Assembly: GCF_003918875.1 (NCBI RefSeq)
Contig: NW_025766955.1
Coordinates: forward strand, 372,001-436,000
DNA from: Haliotis rubra
Taxonomy: Eukaryota
Length of the DNA stretch: 64,000 nucleotides
Direction: 5' to 3'
Below the pieces are notes generated by a model that was not told the DNA's origin, did no database searches, and worked only from the letters and a program-made list of their open reading frames with translations. A program made the position numbers and the translations under genes. Shown here piece by piece: positions 39,166 through 52,230 of the stretch; position 1 is the stretch's first letter, and each line of letters opens with the position of its first letter.

Positions 39166-40353
39166 TCTCGCACTGTTGGATAACCATCCAAACACAGTTT
39201 CTACAGGAGATATAACATGAGATCAAGTGATGTCCTCCATTGTCACAATGTTGGCAACAGTGACATCACTGACCACTATGACATCACAACCACATGACAT
39301 CAATATATCTGCTACGGAAGCTGGTTAGGACAGAACATTTAAGACACTAGTTGTGTTATTATTAATTACAAACTGAACACGCTGAAGAATTACATATCCG
39401 CATGATAAACAGAATCTGACCTGTGAGTCTCTTGATGTCAAATACAAGAACGCATGTTGATAAACGATTATAACTTGTTGACATGCAAGGTTTGACTGAC
39501 ATGCTTAGATACATTTGATATCAAAGAACCCTGGGGTGAGATTCTTTAAACATTGTAGGGAAACCCTTCGAACAACATAAGACCAAATGGACACAAACTG
39601 GTTAATCTTAGTTACACAAAACATGGCAATCCTGGAGACTGTCGTCTATTAGGAAAAATCTCTTTACTATAAGAATATATATTTGAATGAAAAATGACAT
39701 AAAAATGATTACAGATCAGAGTGTAACTGTGAAAGTTTTGATGGAAATTGTGAAAAGATGTGCTGTTGTTGGCTATAATACAGATGTTTATATGCGAAAT
39801 AACTCATGAAATACAGAGAGCATACATGACTGCAGATTGTAAAGATGTTATGCTGAAATGAGAGTTGGATCTTAGAGAATAAATACTAGGATGTCAGAAA
39901 TGTCTGCATAAAAACACTGGAAGGTTAGTTTCCCATGAGTTTCCCTCCACACGACTGAATTATGGAAATGTAAAATAATCGTCATGAATGACTGGGACAC
40001 CAAAATATGTACACAATGTCCAGAACACATGTGTATCTATCACACCCTCCCAACCAGAATTGTTACTTTGTAGCTTTTAACGAAGACATTTCTCCTAATG
40101 CTATTATCGGGCATCTGTGACAAGTAGCTTTAATAGACAGTGAATTCAGATACTCCATATCTTGAATCTCATGACACAATCAGTAAGATATTTCAGTCAA
40201 AGGAGATAATTCGGTCAAGGGAGATAATTCAGTCAAGGGAGAGAACTCATGGTCACTAAAGTTTGTTAATTAATAGAACCATGCTTGTTAGTAAAACTCC
40301 CATGCTGTAGTACTGTGTTACAGATTAGAACATCACAGTGGCATCTGGTCTAC

Positions 40354-40422
40354 CTTTCCTCTTCCTCACTCTCCGAATTTACGTCCTCATTTTCATCGGC
40401 ATCACTCTCACTGTTCTTATCA
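40354..40422 (-). CDS. EPB41L5: Acidic small exon DKNSESDADENEDVNSESEEEE (possible cassette)
   Basis: cttccag| and AG|GTAGAC; 69 nt, phase 2->2. Confidence 0.65.
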
Positions 40423-41794
40423 CTGGAAGCAAGTACATCATGCAGGGTCAGTTGCCATAGAAACATGCAGTTGATGGGTAACCTGTGGTAAAACTGGCTC
40501 GCTACCAAATGTCGACGGCTCAGTGGAGATTAATGTGAGTTAAATACACTTCTAAAAAGCAAAGTCAACAGTCGGACAGAATGATGGTGTTAAATGTTAA
40601 CACACCAAGCAATATATTTGTTTGAGGTATGGAAAATATAAATGTTATTCAAGGGTGTCAGCTCTGAGAATGTAAACAGAGCAACAGAACTGAAGAGCAG
40701 TTGGTGTAGAGACAACGTCACAGCGTTTCAAATAGAAAACAAAATCAACTCGTTGCTGAAAAAATTGACAAAGAAACCTGACAGATTACTTTTTGTTTGA
40801 GTGAGTGCATGTTGTTTGATGTAGTCAGCAATATTCCAGCCACATAAGTGTGGCCTGTAAAGTATGGGGAAGTCTTACAGGTCACATGACCCACAACCAG
40901 GCAGGTCACATGACTACAATGACTACTTGTCTCGGTCAATTTGAAAAGCTGCAACTGAACAGTTTTACCACAGGTATCGGAGACACTGGATTTCTCCCAT
41001 TTTACATTAAAACTCACAGGAACATTTTCACTGATAGAAACACATCAGTATCATCAAACTACAAGTCACAATGTCATAATCACACAAAACATCACCACAA
41101 TTGACAACATCATAAAACATAAAACAGAAAACATAAAATTTGTCAGTGAGTTGGTTCACAAACCATGGATTCTAAGCAAGGCAATTTTGGAATTTGAGTC
41201 CACTTTAAGTGGATCTTTGTAAAAGTAAGGGAGACAATCCTGTACAACAAATCAACTTACATTTACTGATGACACAAATGATGTAAGTACCAAAGAGACA
41301 ACAACAAAAATATTGATGAAAAAGGTTTTGACTGCAAAACCAGGCTGCCTAAGAGACATCAATGAATGATATCACTTAGGGAGACAAACTATATGCACAC
41401 AAATATTTTAGAGTGTCAACATGTTACTTATAAATAGATACTTTGAAAACTTAACAAACACTACACAAATAAACATGCAATATATAAGCACTATGGAAGC
41501 AAAATATTCAAACGAACAAGTTCAGACAAATACAAAACACATGTAATACAGCTGATATCCTGTAAAGCTTTCTGTCATGAAGCGGAATGATAATTACTGA
41601 CACAAGAATCAACATAAAATACAGTACACTTCAAATGCTGTAATCGCAGCACAGAAACTGTATCTCTGACAATACAACTAAAATAAATAAAAAAACCCCA
41701 ATGTTTTAATGTGACTGTTGTCAAAATGCCATTTGTCATCTAAGAAATTGGTTGTTCTTTAATTTTTCTGAGGATATAGACTCTACAAGTGAAG

Positions 41795-41957
41795 TGAGTG
41801 ATTGAGTGAGTTTAGTTATAAGCTGTATGGCAGCGATCTGTCAATAATCAAGTCTGGACCAGACAATCCAGTGGTCAACAGCATTAGCATCGTTTTACGC
41901 AACTGGGATATGATGACACATGTGAACCAAGTCAGTGAGCCTGACCACCTGATCCTA
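41795..41957 (-). mobile_element. Family 2 retroposon, 5'-truncated
   Basis: GAGTGAGTTTAGT tail, GTCTGGACCAGACAATCC, AACCAAGTCAGTGAGCCTGACCAC. Confidence 0.75.
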
Positions 41958-42268
41958 TGAAAGTATTACAGTATTATTGCCCTACTAAAGCTGCCTGACC
42001 TACTGATCCTATGAAAGTATTACAGTATTATTGCCCTACTAAAGCTGCCTGACCTACTGATCCTATGAAAGTATTACAGTATTATTGCCCTACTGAAGCT
42101 GCCTGACCACCTGATCCTATGAAAGTATTACAGTATTATTGCCCTACTAAAGCTGCCTGACCTACTGATCCTATGAAAGTATCACAGTATTATTGCCCTA
42201 CTAAAGCTGCTGACCTACTGATCCTATGAAAGTATCACAGTGTTATTGCCCTACTAAAGCTGCTGACC
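41939..42268. repeat. 54-bp tandem repeat x6 seeded at a retroposon end
   Basis: GCCTGACC(TA)CTGATCCTATGAAAGTATTACAGTATTATTGCCCTACTAAAGCT. Confidence 0.88.
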
Positions 42269-42915
42269 TGTCTGGCTACACTACAGAAGCAAGTCAAGGA
42301 GGATGCCTATTTGTTCTGATGTTAGATTTAATATTGCATGTTGGTTTAATGTGGAGCTTGTTTAAACATCTTTCATTCATGTACTCTGACGGTGGTGTCT
42401 CAAGTAGGTTAGTTCATATTTATTTCCTTAAGACATTCTTCTTGAACAAAAAGAAGTCCTGAACTGAAGTCAACTAGAGGGGACACCAGAAATGGGCTTC
42501 ACACATTCTGCCCATGTATTGAACCAATATTGTCAATCTGCTACTAGGATCAGGTGATAAGTCCTAGAACACCCTATTCTCTCATATCAATATTGTCAAT
42601 CTGCTATAGGATCAGGTGATATTTAACTGTCCCTGCAATGCAACTAATGCTTGACTTCAAGATGGTAAGAAGCTGTCAGCTGACATGATTACTTCTCCAA
42701 ACTAACAATATTCTCAGCAGCTGATAAACACAGTGTGAAGGTGTTGAGACATTAATGGTGTGAACAAACGTGTTAAATACACATCATACATGGTGAGTGA
42801 GATCAGTGTTATATCTACAAGATACACATTCAGTAGGATGTCTACCATGCAGATACAAGTTGTACAGTACAACATACAACGTGAGACAGAACACAGGCGA
42901 GAGATACAGCCATAC

Positions 42916-42991
42916 CTCTCCTTATCGTCGTCGTCCTCCGCCTCAGATACAACCTTCACTGGTCCTGGCGGCAACGCAACCACTTCATTAT
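42916..42991 (-). CDS. EPB41L5: Exon DNEVVALPPGPVKVVSEAEDDDDKE
   Basis: ttccccag| and AG|GTATGG; 76 nt, phase 1->2. Confidence 0.75.
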
Positions 42992-43124
42992 CTGGGGAAG
43001 TAAATCACAGCCACTTGTAAACAGACATTGGTATAGATACAACCTTCACTGGTCCTGGCGGCAACGCAACCACTTCATTATCTGGGGAAGTAAATCACAG
43101 CCACTTGTAAACAGACATTGGTAT
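42945..43124. repeat. Exact 90-bp tandem duplication spanning an exon-intron junction
   Basis: 42945-43034 equals 43035-43124. Confidence 0.92.
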
Positions 43125-43399
43125 GTGCTGGTGTAAGTCTGTTTCTGATAAGTAGGGGCAGATAACTCAGGTGCTCACAAAGCAGAGTGACTTCCCTTAG
43201 TTGAAAGAATCCTGACCCATGACAGTATAGACAGATAAGTTGTGATGAGTGGTCAGTCAGGTTACTTCAGTGACCAAGCTCATCATTCGAGATGTGTGAC
43301 GAGATAACAGTTTCTGGAAGTTTACCTCTCCCTACATCAGAGCAAGACCAGGGTGATTCAAGTGTTCTACAACCAGACCTAAGACAATCAGAAATGAGG

Positions 43400-44570
43400 T
43401 ACTCCTCCTATCTGACAACTAGACCAAAGTCAGTCAAAGCCAGTCCTCCTATCTGACACCTAGATCAAAGTCAGTCAAAGTCAGTCCTCCTATCTGACAC
43501 CTAGATCAAAGTCAGTCCTCCTATCTGACAACTAGATCAAAGTCAGTCAAAGAGAGTCCTCCTATCTGACAACTAGATCCAAGTCAGTCAAAGCCAGTCC
43601 TCCTATCTGACAACTAGATCAAAGTCAGTCAAAGCCAGTCCTCCTATCTGACAACTAGACCAAAGTCAGTCAAAGCCAGTCCTCCTGTCTGACAACTAGA
43701 TCAAAGTCAGTCAAAGCCAGTCCTCCTATCTGACAACTAGACCAAAGTCAGTCAAAGTCAGTCTTCCAAACTGACAATCAGACCAAAGTCAGTCAAAGCC
43801 AGTCCTCCTATCTGACAACTAGACCAAAGTCAGTCCTCCTATCTGACAACTAGACCAAAGTCAGTCAAAGCCAGTCCTCCAAACTGACAATCAGACCAAA
43901 GTCAGTCCTCCAAACTGACAATCAGACCAAAAGTCAGTCAAAGCCAGTCCTCCAAACTGACAATCAGACCAAAGTCAGTCCTCCAAACTGACAATCAGAC
44001 CAAAGTCAGTCCTCCAAACTGACAATTAGACCAAAGTCAGTCCTCCTAACTGACAATCAGACCAAAGTCAGTCAAAGCCAGTCCTCCTAACTGACAATCA
44101 GACCAAAGTCAGTCAAAGCCAGTCCTCCTATCTGACAACTAGATCAAAGTCAGTCAAAGCCAGTCCTCCAAACTGACAATCAGACCAAAGTCAGTCAAAG
44201 TCAGTCACAGCCAGTCCTCCAAACTGACAATCAGACCAAAGTCAGTCCTCCAAACTGACAATCAGACCAAAGTCAGTCAAAGCCAGTCCTCCAAACTGAC
44301 AATCAGACCAAAGTCAGTCAAAGACAGTCTTCCAAGCTGACAATCAGACCAAAGTCAGTGAAAATCGGTCCTCCAAGCTGACAATCAGACCAAAGTCAGT
44401 CCTCCAAGCTGACAATGAGACCAAAGTCAGTCCTCCAAGCTGACAATCAGACCAAAGTCAGTGAAAATCAGTCCTCCAAGCTGACAATGAGACCAAAGTC
44501 AGTCAAAGTCAGTCCTCCTATCTGACAATGAGACCAAAGTCAGTCAAAGTCAGTCCTCCTATCTGACAGT
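43400..44570. repeat. ~31-41-bp minisatellite (AAAGTCAGTC / CTCCTATCTGACAA)
   Basis: Direct reading. Confidence 0.9.
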
Positions 44571-44610
44571 CAGTCAGAAACTGATGTTTCCTGACACAGT
44601 CTTGCCTCAC

Positions 44611-44805
44611 CTTTCTTCAAGTCTTCTTCATGCCTCGCCTTGAAGATGTTGCACTTCATCTGGTCGGGAGGAATGGTGGCCGTGCTGGTTGATGCAAACT
44701 TGACCTGGTTGTTCTGGAATGTGTTTACATCTGGCTTGGGTTTGAGCACCACCGGCGCTGTGTCGTCCAACACCTTCATCCGCGCCATCGCAAACTCTGA
44801 TGCCT
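44611..44805 (-). CDS. EPB41L5: Variable-region exon with IPPDQMKCNIFKAR motif
   Basis: ttacag| and |GTGAGG; 195 nt, phase 1->1. Confidence 0.85.
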
Positions 44806-45328
44806 CTGTAACAGATTAACATCAGCTCTGTACCAAGGTTTGTTCAGATGCACCTGGCTAGAACTCACAGGAAATGCTTCAGATATCAGAATTCTTACAT
44901 GTGGTAAATCTTGGCATATCTCAACAAAAGCAAGACCTAAATGTCTGCAGATTAGTACGGCAATCTATACTGATACAAGTCTGTCCCTTAGACCTTACTA
45001 CTAGTGTGAGAGCTGTCAGAATTGTTGAGGTCGTCAACACTGACACACAGAGGGAACAAATGTGAAGGTTATGGTTCTAGGCAGCTGGATTCCATTCCTT
45101 GTACAACTTAGTATGGACAGCTGATGATGAAGAGACTTCAGTTGAAAAAAGAAAGACTTAAATATTATGATTTTGGCCAGAATTCAGGATTTAGGTAAAT
45201 GATGGTTAGATTCAAGAATGGGGAAGGTCAGGCTTGTCTACATATCACATTCTATACATCAAACTAACGCTAAGCTTAGTCCTAGCCTGACAACATTTCC
45301 AGTGTTGCTATTCATGAATTGAACAAAC

Positions 45329-45777
45329 CTCGTATGGAAACATCATTGGCAGCTGTAGAACTGGTTGATGGTCGTGGAGATTTGGGTTTCCTGTTGAGAG
45401 AGTTCATTGAAGTGTCTGCCGCCGTTCCTTTGATTAAGGTGTCTAATCTATCGAGAGCTGAGGTGTTGGTCGGGCCGTCGGCGACATCAACAGTCACAGT
45501 TGGTGCAGCAGCAGCAGCAGCAGCTCCTGGAGCCACAACCACAGTTGTTACTCTGGGTTCGTCTATTGTTGTTTCTTTCTTCTCTGCTCGGATAGCTTCC
45601 CGACTCTGTTGGGCCACCTTCTTTCTGTCTGCTCTCTCTTGAGCCAGTTTCATCTTCTCTTCTCGTTCTGCTCGCTCGAAAGTTGCCCGGCGAGAGTAGC
45701 GGTGACTAGGCTTCCGTTCGAATCTAACGCTGCGGCGAGCTCGACTCACGGTGGCTGTCTGGTATTCTGTTCGACCA
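45329..45777 (-). CDS. EPB41L5: FA-domain end and start of variable region (SGRTEYQT...FERKPSHRYSRR...)
   Basis: tttcag| acceptor; the GAG|GTTTGT donor gives phase 1, matching the next exon; 449 nt. Confidence 0.85.
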
Positions 45778-46227
45778 CTGAAAGGAAACAGTGTCCATGA
45801 AACATTGATGTCCGGCCAAACACCCACCAATAGGGATTCAGATTTAACCCTTATTGACAAATACAACAAAACATATCTAATACAACCATCCCGACAATTA
45901 CCGATGGGAAACTCCACTGATGGCTTTGTGAGTATTATCATACAGTTCCTCATCCCCACTCCAACTTGCCACATTGCTCTCTTCTTCCAATAACACGTCC
46001 TCCTTTATTTAATCAGCCATCACCTACCTTGTGAACGTTGAGATCTGATTGGTTCACATGATCTTAATTAGACACTGTGTATCCTGGTGCAGAGGAATAT
46101 CAATTTCTGAGAGGGACAATACATCTCTTGCTACAAGCTGTGTAGGAGTCAATGAAAGTTGCATGACAGAGCAAGCTAGCCTCATCTAAATCAAACATCT
46201 CCCTGACTTCTTCTCAGCAAGTGTTAC

Positions 46228-46397
46228 CTGTATCTGAACCTGGACCCGAGCCGGAAGAAGTTCTGTCTGGCATTGCCCTCCTTGACAGGGCCTTTCAGTC
46301 GGAAGAAGGCGTGGTGTTCTACTGCACACTTCCACAGGTGCTTGCACGCCTTGTCGCTGGCCAGTCGGAACACGAACACATGGTCCTGACTTGCACC
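46228..46397 (-). CDS. EPB41L5: FERM end / FERM-adjacent (FA) exon ...[19 protein letters not shown]...RLGSRFRY
   Basis: ttacag| and |GTAACA; 170 nt, phase 0->2. Confidence 0.95.
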
Positions 46398-46499
46398 CTG
46401 TAATAGTCCATGCTCATCATACAGTCGTACAACATGGGTGTAACATCCATCTTACCCTGGCCTACCTAGGTGAGATGAGTGAGTTGAGTTAACAATGTC

Positions 46500-46845
46500 C
46501 CAGGTACAGTCTTGTCACTAAAGAGGACATCATATTTATCTTACACTGGCCTTCCTAGGTACAGTCTCGTCACTAACAAGGCTGTCATATCCATCTTACC
46601 CCGGCCTCCCTAGGTACAGTCTCGTCACTAACAAGGCCGTCATATCCATCTTACCCTGGCCTTCCTAGGTACAGTCTTGTCACTAACAAGGCCGTCATAT
46701 CCATCTTACACTGGCCTTCCTAGGTACAGTCTCGTCACTAACAAGGCCGTCATATCCATCTTACCCTGGTCTTCCTAGGTACAGTCTCGTCACTAACAAG
46801 GCTGTCATATCCATCTTACCCTGGCCTTCCTAGGTACAGTCTCAC
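46500..46845. repeat. 55-bp minisatellite x~6
   Basis: Period 46586->46641. Confidence 0.88.
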
Positions 46846-46959
46846 CAATAAAGAGGGCTAAGAGGGACTCTGCCTGTCTCTACACTTTGACTACAGTTTC
46901 AGCAGGACATAGAATCCGTTCTCGACCTAGTATTGATATTGACATGAAGCCCTACTCAC

Positions 46960-47029
46960 GGTTTCATCGTCTTCAACAGCCACAAGTGTGAGTTTCTTTC
47001 CCTTGAAGTCCAGCTTCGTCATCTTTGGC
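46960..47029 (-). CDS. EPB41L5: FERM F3 exon PKMTKLDFKGKKLTLVAVEDDET
   Basis: cttcag| and |GTGAGT; 70 nt, phase 2->0. Confidence 0.94.
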
Positions 47030-47168
47030 CTGAAGGATAAGACATTAGATTTTGTAAATGTGTCTGCATGCTACAAAAAAACCCCACATTATTTCTGGCA
47101 TATAGTAGCTAAACAGTGAGACGACTCTAAGTCATTCATTTTTTCTATCCTTAACACTTGCTTCTTAC

Positions 47169-47257
47169 CAGAAGAAGAGACCAATCTTCTGCTTGCCCTC
47201 AAACACTAGGACTCCGGTGGGTGTGAGGCCCAGGCTGTACTCGTTGCCGTCTCGACC
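47169..47257 (-). CDS. EPB41L5: FERM F3 exon [30 protein letters not shown]
   Basis: cttcag| and |GTAAGA; 89 nt, phase 0->2. Confidence 0.95.
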
Positions 47258-47484
47258 CTGAAGAACACAAGCAAACAATGCTACACTTCTATACTTCCTC
47301 GGGGACATATGTAACTAAATGTCCTCTAAATAAGAAACTCTGAAGTGAAATCATGGATGTTCCATGTGATATTTGACTGTATAATGTCCTGTCAGGAGGT
47401 AAATCAAGTCTGTGAAACAATGTGTCAGCATTGTCACATGCAATCAGCTGCCTCGGGTTGAGAATGAAGATGGGGAACACCCAC

Positions 47485-47572
47485 CATGACCATGTGCATG
47501 TCCACTCCGTACATCTCCAGCCACTTGGCCTTGTTCAGGTACGCCAGCTCTGCCAGGGCCGGCGTCATCCCA
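47485..47572 (-). CDS. EPB41L5: FERM exon [29 protein letters not shown]
   Basis: ttgcag| and |GTGGGT; 88 nt, phase 2->0; [16 protein letters not shown] motif. Confidence 0.95.
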
Positions 47573-47584
47573 CTGCAACACAAC

Positions 47585-48460
47585 ACAGGATCTTACAGGT
47601 CAACAGGTCGAGGATCTTACAGGACAACAGACAGAGGATCTTACAGGTCAACAGAGAGCATCTTACAGGTCAGCAGAGAGAGGAACTTACAGGTCAACAG
47701 ACCAAGGATCTTACAGGTCAACAGACAGAGGATCTTACATGTCAGCAGAGAGAGGATCTTACAGGTCAACAGAGAGTGGATCTTACAGGTCAACAGACCG
47801 AGGATCTTACAGGTCAACAGAGAGGGGATCTTAGAGGTCAACAGAGAGAGGGGATCTTAGAGGTCAACAGAGAGGATCTTACAGGTCAACAGAGAGTGGA
47901 TCTTACAGGTCAACAGAGAGGATCTTACAGGTCAACAGGGAGAGGATCTTACAGGTCAACAGGTAGTGTATCTTACAGGTCAACAGGGAGAGGATCTTAT
48001 CTTACAGGTCAACAGAGAGAGGATCTTCCAGGTCAACAGAGAGGATCTTAGAGGTCAACAGAGAGGATCTTAGAGGTCAACAGAGAGGGGATCTTACAGG
48101 TCAACAGAGAGGATCTTACAGGTCAACAGAGAGGGGATCTTACAGGTCAACAGAGAGGGGATCTTACAGGTCAACAGAGAGGGGATCTTACAGGTCAACA
48201 GAGAGGGGATCTTACAGGTCAACAGAGAGGATCTTACAGGTCAACAGAGAGGATCTTACAGGTCAACATCTTACAGAGAGGATCTTACAGGTCAACAGAG
48301 AGAGTCAACAGAGGGAGGAGAGGATCTTACAGGTCAACAGAGAGGGGATCTTACAGGTCAACAGAGAGGGGATCTTACAGGTCAACAGAGAGGATCTTAC
48401 AGGTCAACAGAGAGAGGATCTTTCAGGTGATATGAAACAGCACAGCATCTTACAGGTAAA
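47585..48460. repeat. ~23-27-bp minisatellite (GAGGATCTTACAGGTCAACAGA)
   Basis: Direct reading. Confidence 0.92.
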
Positions 48461-48561
48461 CTGTCACGGCACAGGATGTTACTGTGTTTGCAGTAAGCCT
48501 GTTATCCCTGCATTGCCAGCATCCCACGTTAAGGACAGATGCAGACACTGCATGTACTCAC

Positions 48562-48682
48562 CCACACTTCTTGAACTGTTCATGGATGGCTAGTTCCATG
48601 TCCTCGGACTGGTTGGGGATGAACCGGAACTCGGAGATGTACCCTGGAGTGTGGACCTCGGGGTCATAGTCTCCCAGCTCAG
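48562..48682 (-). CDS. EPB41L5: FERM exon SELGDYDPEVHTPGYISEFRFIPNQSEDMELAIHEQFKKC
   Basis: tttcag| and |GTGAGT; 121 nt, phase 1->2; ELGDY motif. Confidence 0.95.
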
Positions 48683-48859
48683 CTGAAACAACATACAACA
48701 ATGTAGGTAATTTCCTCAGGCTCAATTATGGAATGCCTGTCAAGTCTTAACACTCTACCTGGAGTATTTTGGGTGCATGACATGCATTGTATCCTACCAT
48801 GTGCTAGAATTAGGAGTGCGGCTTTAGATTCAAGGTCCTAAGTGTAAAGCAGTATAAAA

Positions 48860-49765
48860 CATCACCTGACTAAAGTTTTGTATCACACAAGTATTTGCAC
48901 CTGGCTAAAGCCTGGCATCACCTGAAATATTTCCACCTGACTAAAGCCTTGTATCACCTGAGTATTGCACCTGACTACTGCATTGTATCACCTGTAACAT
49001 GCACCTGGCTAATGCCTTGCATCACCTGAGTATTTGCACCTGACTTACGCCTTGTATTACCTGAGTATTTGCACCTGACTTCAGCCTTGTACCACCTGAG
49101 TATTTGCACCTGACTTAAGCCTTGCATCACCTGAGTATTTGCACCTGGCTAAAGCCTTGCATCACCTGAGCATTTGCACCTGACTTATGCTTTGCATCAC
49201 CTGAGTATTTGCACCTGGCTAATGCCTTGGATCATCTGAGTATTTGCACCTGACTAAAGCCTTGTATCACCTGAGTATTTGCACCTGGCTAATGCTTTGC
49301 ATCACCTGAGTATTTGCACCTGACTTATGCTTTGCATCACCTGAGTATTTGCACCTGGCTAATGCCTTGCATCACCTGAGTATTTGCACCTGGCTAAAGC
49401 CTTGTATCAACTGAGTATTTGCACTTGACTAAAGCCTTGTATCACCTGAGTATTTGCACCTGGCTAATGCTTTGCATCACCTGAGTATTTGCACCTGGCT
49501 AATGCCTTGTATCACCTGAGTATTTGCACCTGGTTAAAGCCTTGTATCACCTGAGTATTTGCACCTGGCTAATGCCTTGTATCACCTGAGTATTGCACCT
49601 GACTATTGCATTGTATCACCTGTAACATGCACCGTTTGCTAATGCCTTGCATCACACGAGTATTTGCACCTGACTATTGCCTTGTATCACACGAGTATTA
49701 GCACCTGACTATTGCCTTGTATCACCTGTAATATGCACCTGGTTAATGCCTTGTATCACCTGTGA
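48860..49765. repeat. 35/36-bp minisatellite
   Basis: ATCACCTGAGTATTTGCACCTGGCTAATGCCTTGT. Confidence 0.9.
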
Positions 49766-51389
49766 TATGCAGTTGTAACAATACAGATCAAACACAACCC
49801 AATTCACAGGAGTATTTTCCTCTGACAAGTGTTTCCTGCATGGCAAGTTTTCCTGTAGATCTATTTCCTTATACCTGCATTGTTCATTGTCCGCACGCAG
49901 AGAACTACCTCAACACAGCAATTCATCAACTTCCCAAACAGCCCTTCTCAGTGTTGGAGACACTTACTACAGTGTTGTAAAGCTGATATCCCCCAACTCA
50001 CAGGCTTCCTTTCCTCACACTCTAGATAACACCAATCTCACAAAAGACTCCACAACAATCCACAGCAATATCTGTTCTGTCTTTGATCAAGTCCATTCAG
50101 CAGTAAAGTAAACACATACAGTTGGCCATGGTCACAGGTCAATGTGGAGAATTATCTCCCTTTGTGCTGATTATGACGAAGCATGGAATTAGAAGTTACC
50201 ATGGTAACATGTTTTAGAACTTTAAGAAACTTTGTGTGGTGTGGTGCCCTGGGATCTTTGTCGTTCCTTGATAAGAGTTAAAAGTTGGTGATTGACCATG
50301 TGGTCTTCAAAATGATCAGCAAATTGATGACCACTGTCCCTGTCCCGAATGGACAATGTGAATCTCAGTGAATTTCTGGTGACAGCTCAATACAACAGCT
50401 GACACACAGATCTGATCAATAACAGTGGGACTTTATGTAGTCAGTAGAACTGGAAACATGGGATTCCACCGCGACCTGTTCACAACAGTACATAACTTGG
50501 ACTTGATTCTATTCACAGTACAAGTTAATACAAAGTCATTGCTTGTGCTTCGAAATGAGTGAGTGAGTGAGTGAATGAGTGAGTGGGAGTTATTCTATCC
50601 CGCAGTCTGGACTAGGCAAACCTATAGGGCTCACTGGATTTACATTATTGCACATGATATTATTACATTATTACACAGTACCACCCATCTTCCTCCTGTG
50701 ATTCTGATTATCTGACATAACCATTTCAATGAGACACACCACCCAAAAGGCTATATTCTATTTTAAGACAAATTCTGGACATTTTCTGCTAAAATCTAAA
50801 TGCAGTGTTAACGTAAGACAGGTCCTTGAGACCAAGTCCTGCAACATTAGAGGAGTGTTGAAGGTAGCCATTACCACCAAACCACAGCCTCTTGGAACTT
50901 GTACCTGGGAGGACACAGTATTGATTACAAGAGCAGTGCCATGGTGACAGGAGTTGTACCACCTGGGACGATAGGGAACCAAACTCTGCCCCACCTAGTG
51001 AACATATTGTATGCTCCCGTTACACCGATGATGGCTCATCAACTATACAGCCCAGCTCTGTGATCCTTCCCTTCTGTGATAGATGCATTGAATGAGCAGC
51101 CAGATACCATTATTCTGGCACCAGCGCCATGCAGGGTCCTGAGGTCACAGTATCACCTACTAATGTATTTACTCCTCATAGATTCTGTGTTACTGTTTGT
51201 AACAGCTGTATCCAGAGGCTGAACCTCACAGAATGTGGACATTTATCGTGCACAGTTTATTACCTCCTTGTTACAATACTGCTCATACAAAAACACGTAA
51301 CAACCCAACAGAGCAGTACCAGATGTTTCAGATTTGTTAGAACTCACTGCATGCTACTGTTTTGCAAGGTTTGAATGAGGACAGCGAGA

Positions 51390-52099
51390 GTGTACTCATA
51401 CAGTGTACACTGCACAACCTGGGTGTACTTATACAGTGTACTTCAATCTGGATGTACTAACACAGTACACTTCAATCTGGGTGCACTAACACAGTACACT
51501 TCAATCTGGGTGCACTAACACAATACACTTCAATCTGGGTGTACTAACACAGTACACTTCAATATGGGTGTACTTATACAGTGTACTTTAATATGGGTGT
51601 ACTAACACAGTACACTTCAATCCGGGTGTACTAACACAGTACACTTCAATATGGGTGTACTAACACAGTACACTTCAATCTGGGTGCACTAACACAATAC
51701 ACTTCAATCTGGGTGCACTAACACAATACACTTCAATCTGGGTGTACTAACACAGTACACTTTAATATGGGTGTACTTACACAGTACACTTCAATGGGGG
51801 TGCACTAACGCAGTACACTTCAATCTGGGTGTAATAACACCGTACACTTCAATCTGGGTGTACTAACACAGTACACTTCAATGGGGGTGCACTAACACAG
51901 TACACTTCAATGGGGGTGCACTAACACAGTACACTTCAATCTGGGTGTACTAACACCGTACACTTCAATCTGGGTGTACTTATACAGTGTACTTCAATCT
52001 GGGTGTACTAACACCGTACACTTCAATCTGGGTGTTCTTATACAGTGTACTTCAATGTGGGTGTACTTATACAGTGTACTTCAAACTGGGTGTACTTAC
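51390..52099. repeat. 29-bp minisatellite abutting a 5' splice site
   Basis: TACACTTCAATCTGGGTGTACTAACACAG. Confidence 0.9.
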
Positions 52100-52197
52100 A
52101 TTGTAATGCTAAAGCACAGAGTTCAATGAGGGTTTCTTCAGCCAGAGGCAAACGGTTGTGGAAAATGTCCTGCTTCAACTGGAGGAAGAACTGGTAT
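52100..52197 (-). CDS. EPB41L5: FERM exon YQFFLQLKQDIFHNRLPLAEETLIELCALALQ
   Basis: ttgcag| and |GTAAGT; 98 nt, phase 2->1. Confidence 0.93.
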
Positions 52198-52230
52198 CTG
52201 CAATAAAGAGCAAACTGTGACTTGGATCAT

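Noticed and set aside
47422-48051. Repeat-rich ORFs here and at 52138-53062, 56699-57202 and 4063-4551
   Set aside because: Translations of minisatellites; no splice or homology support.
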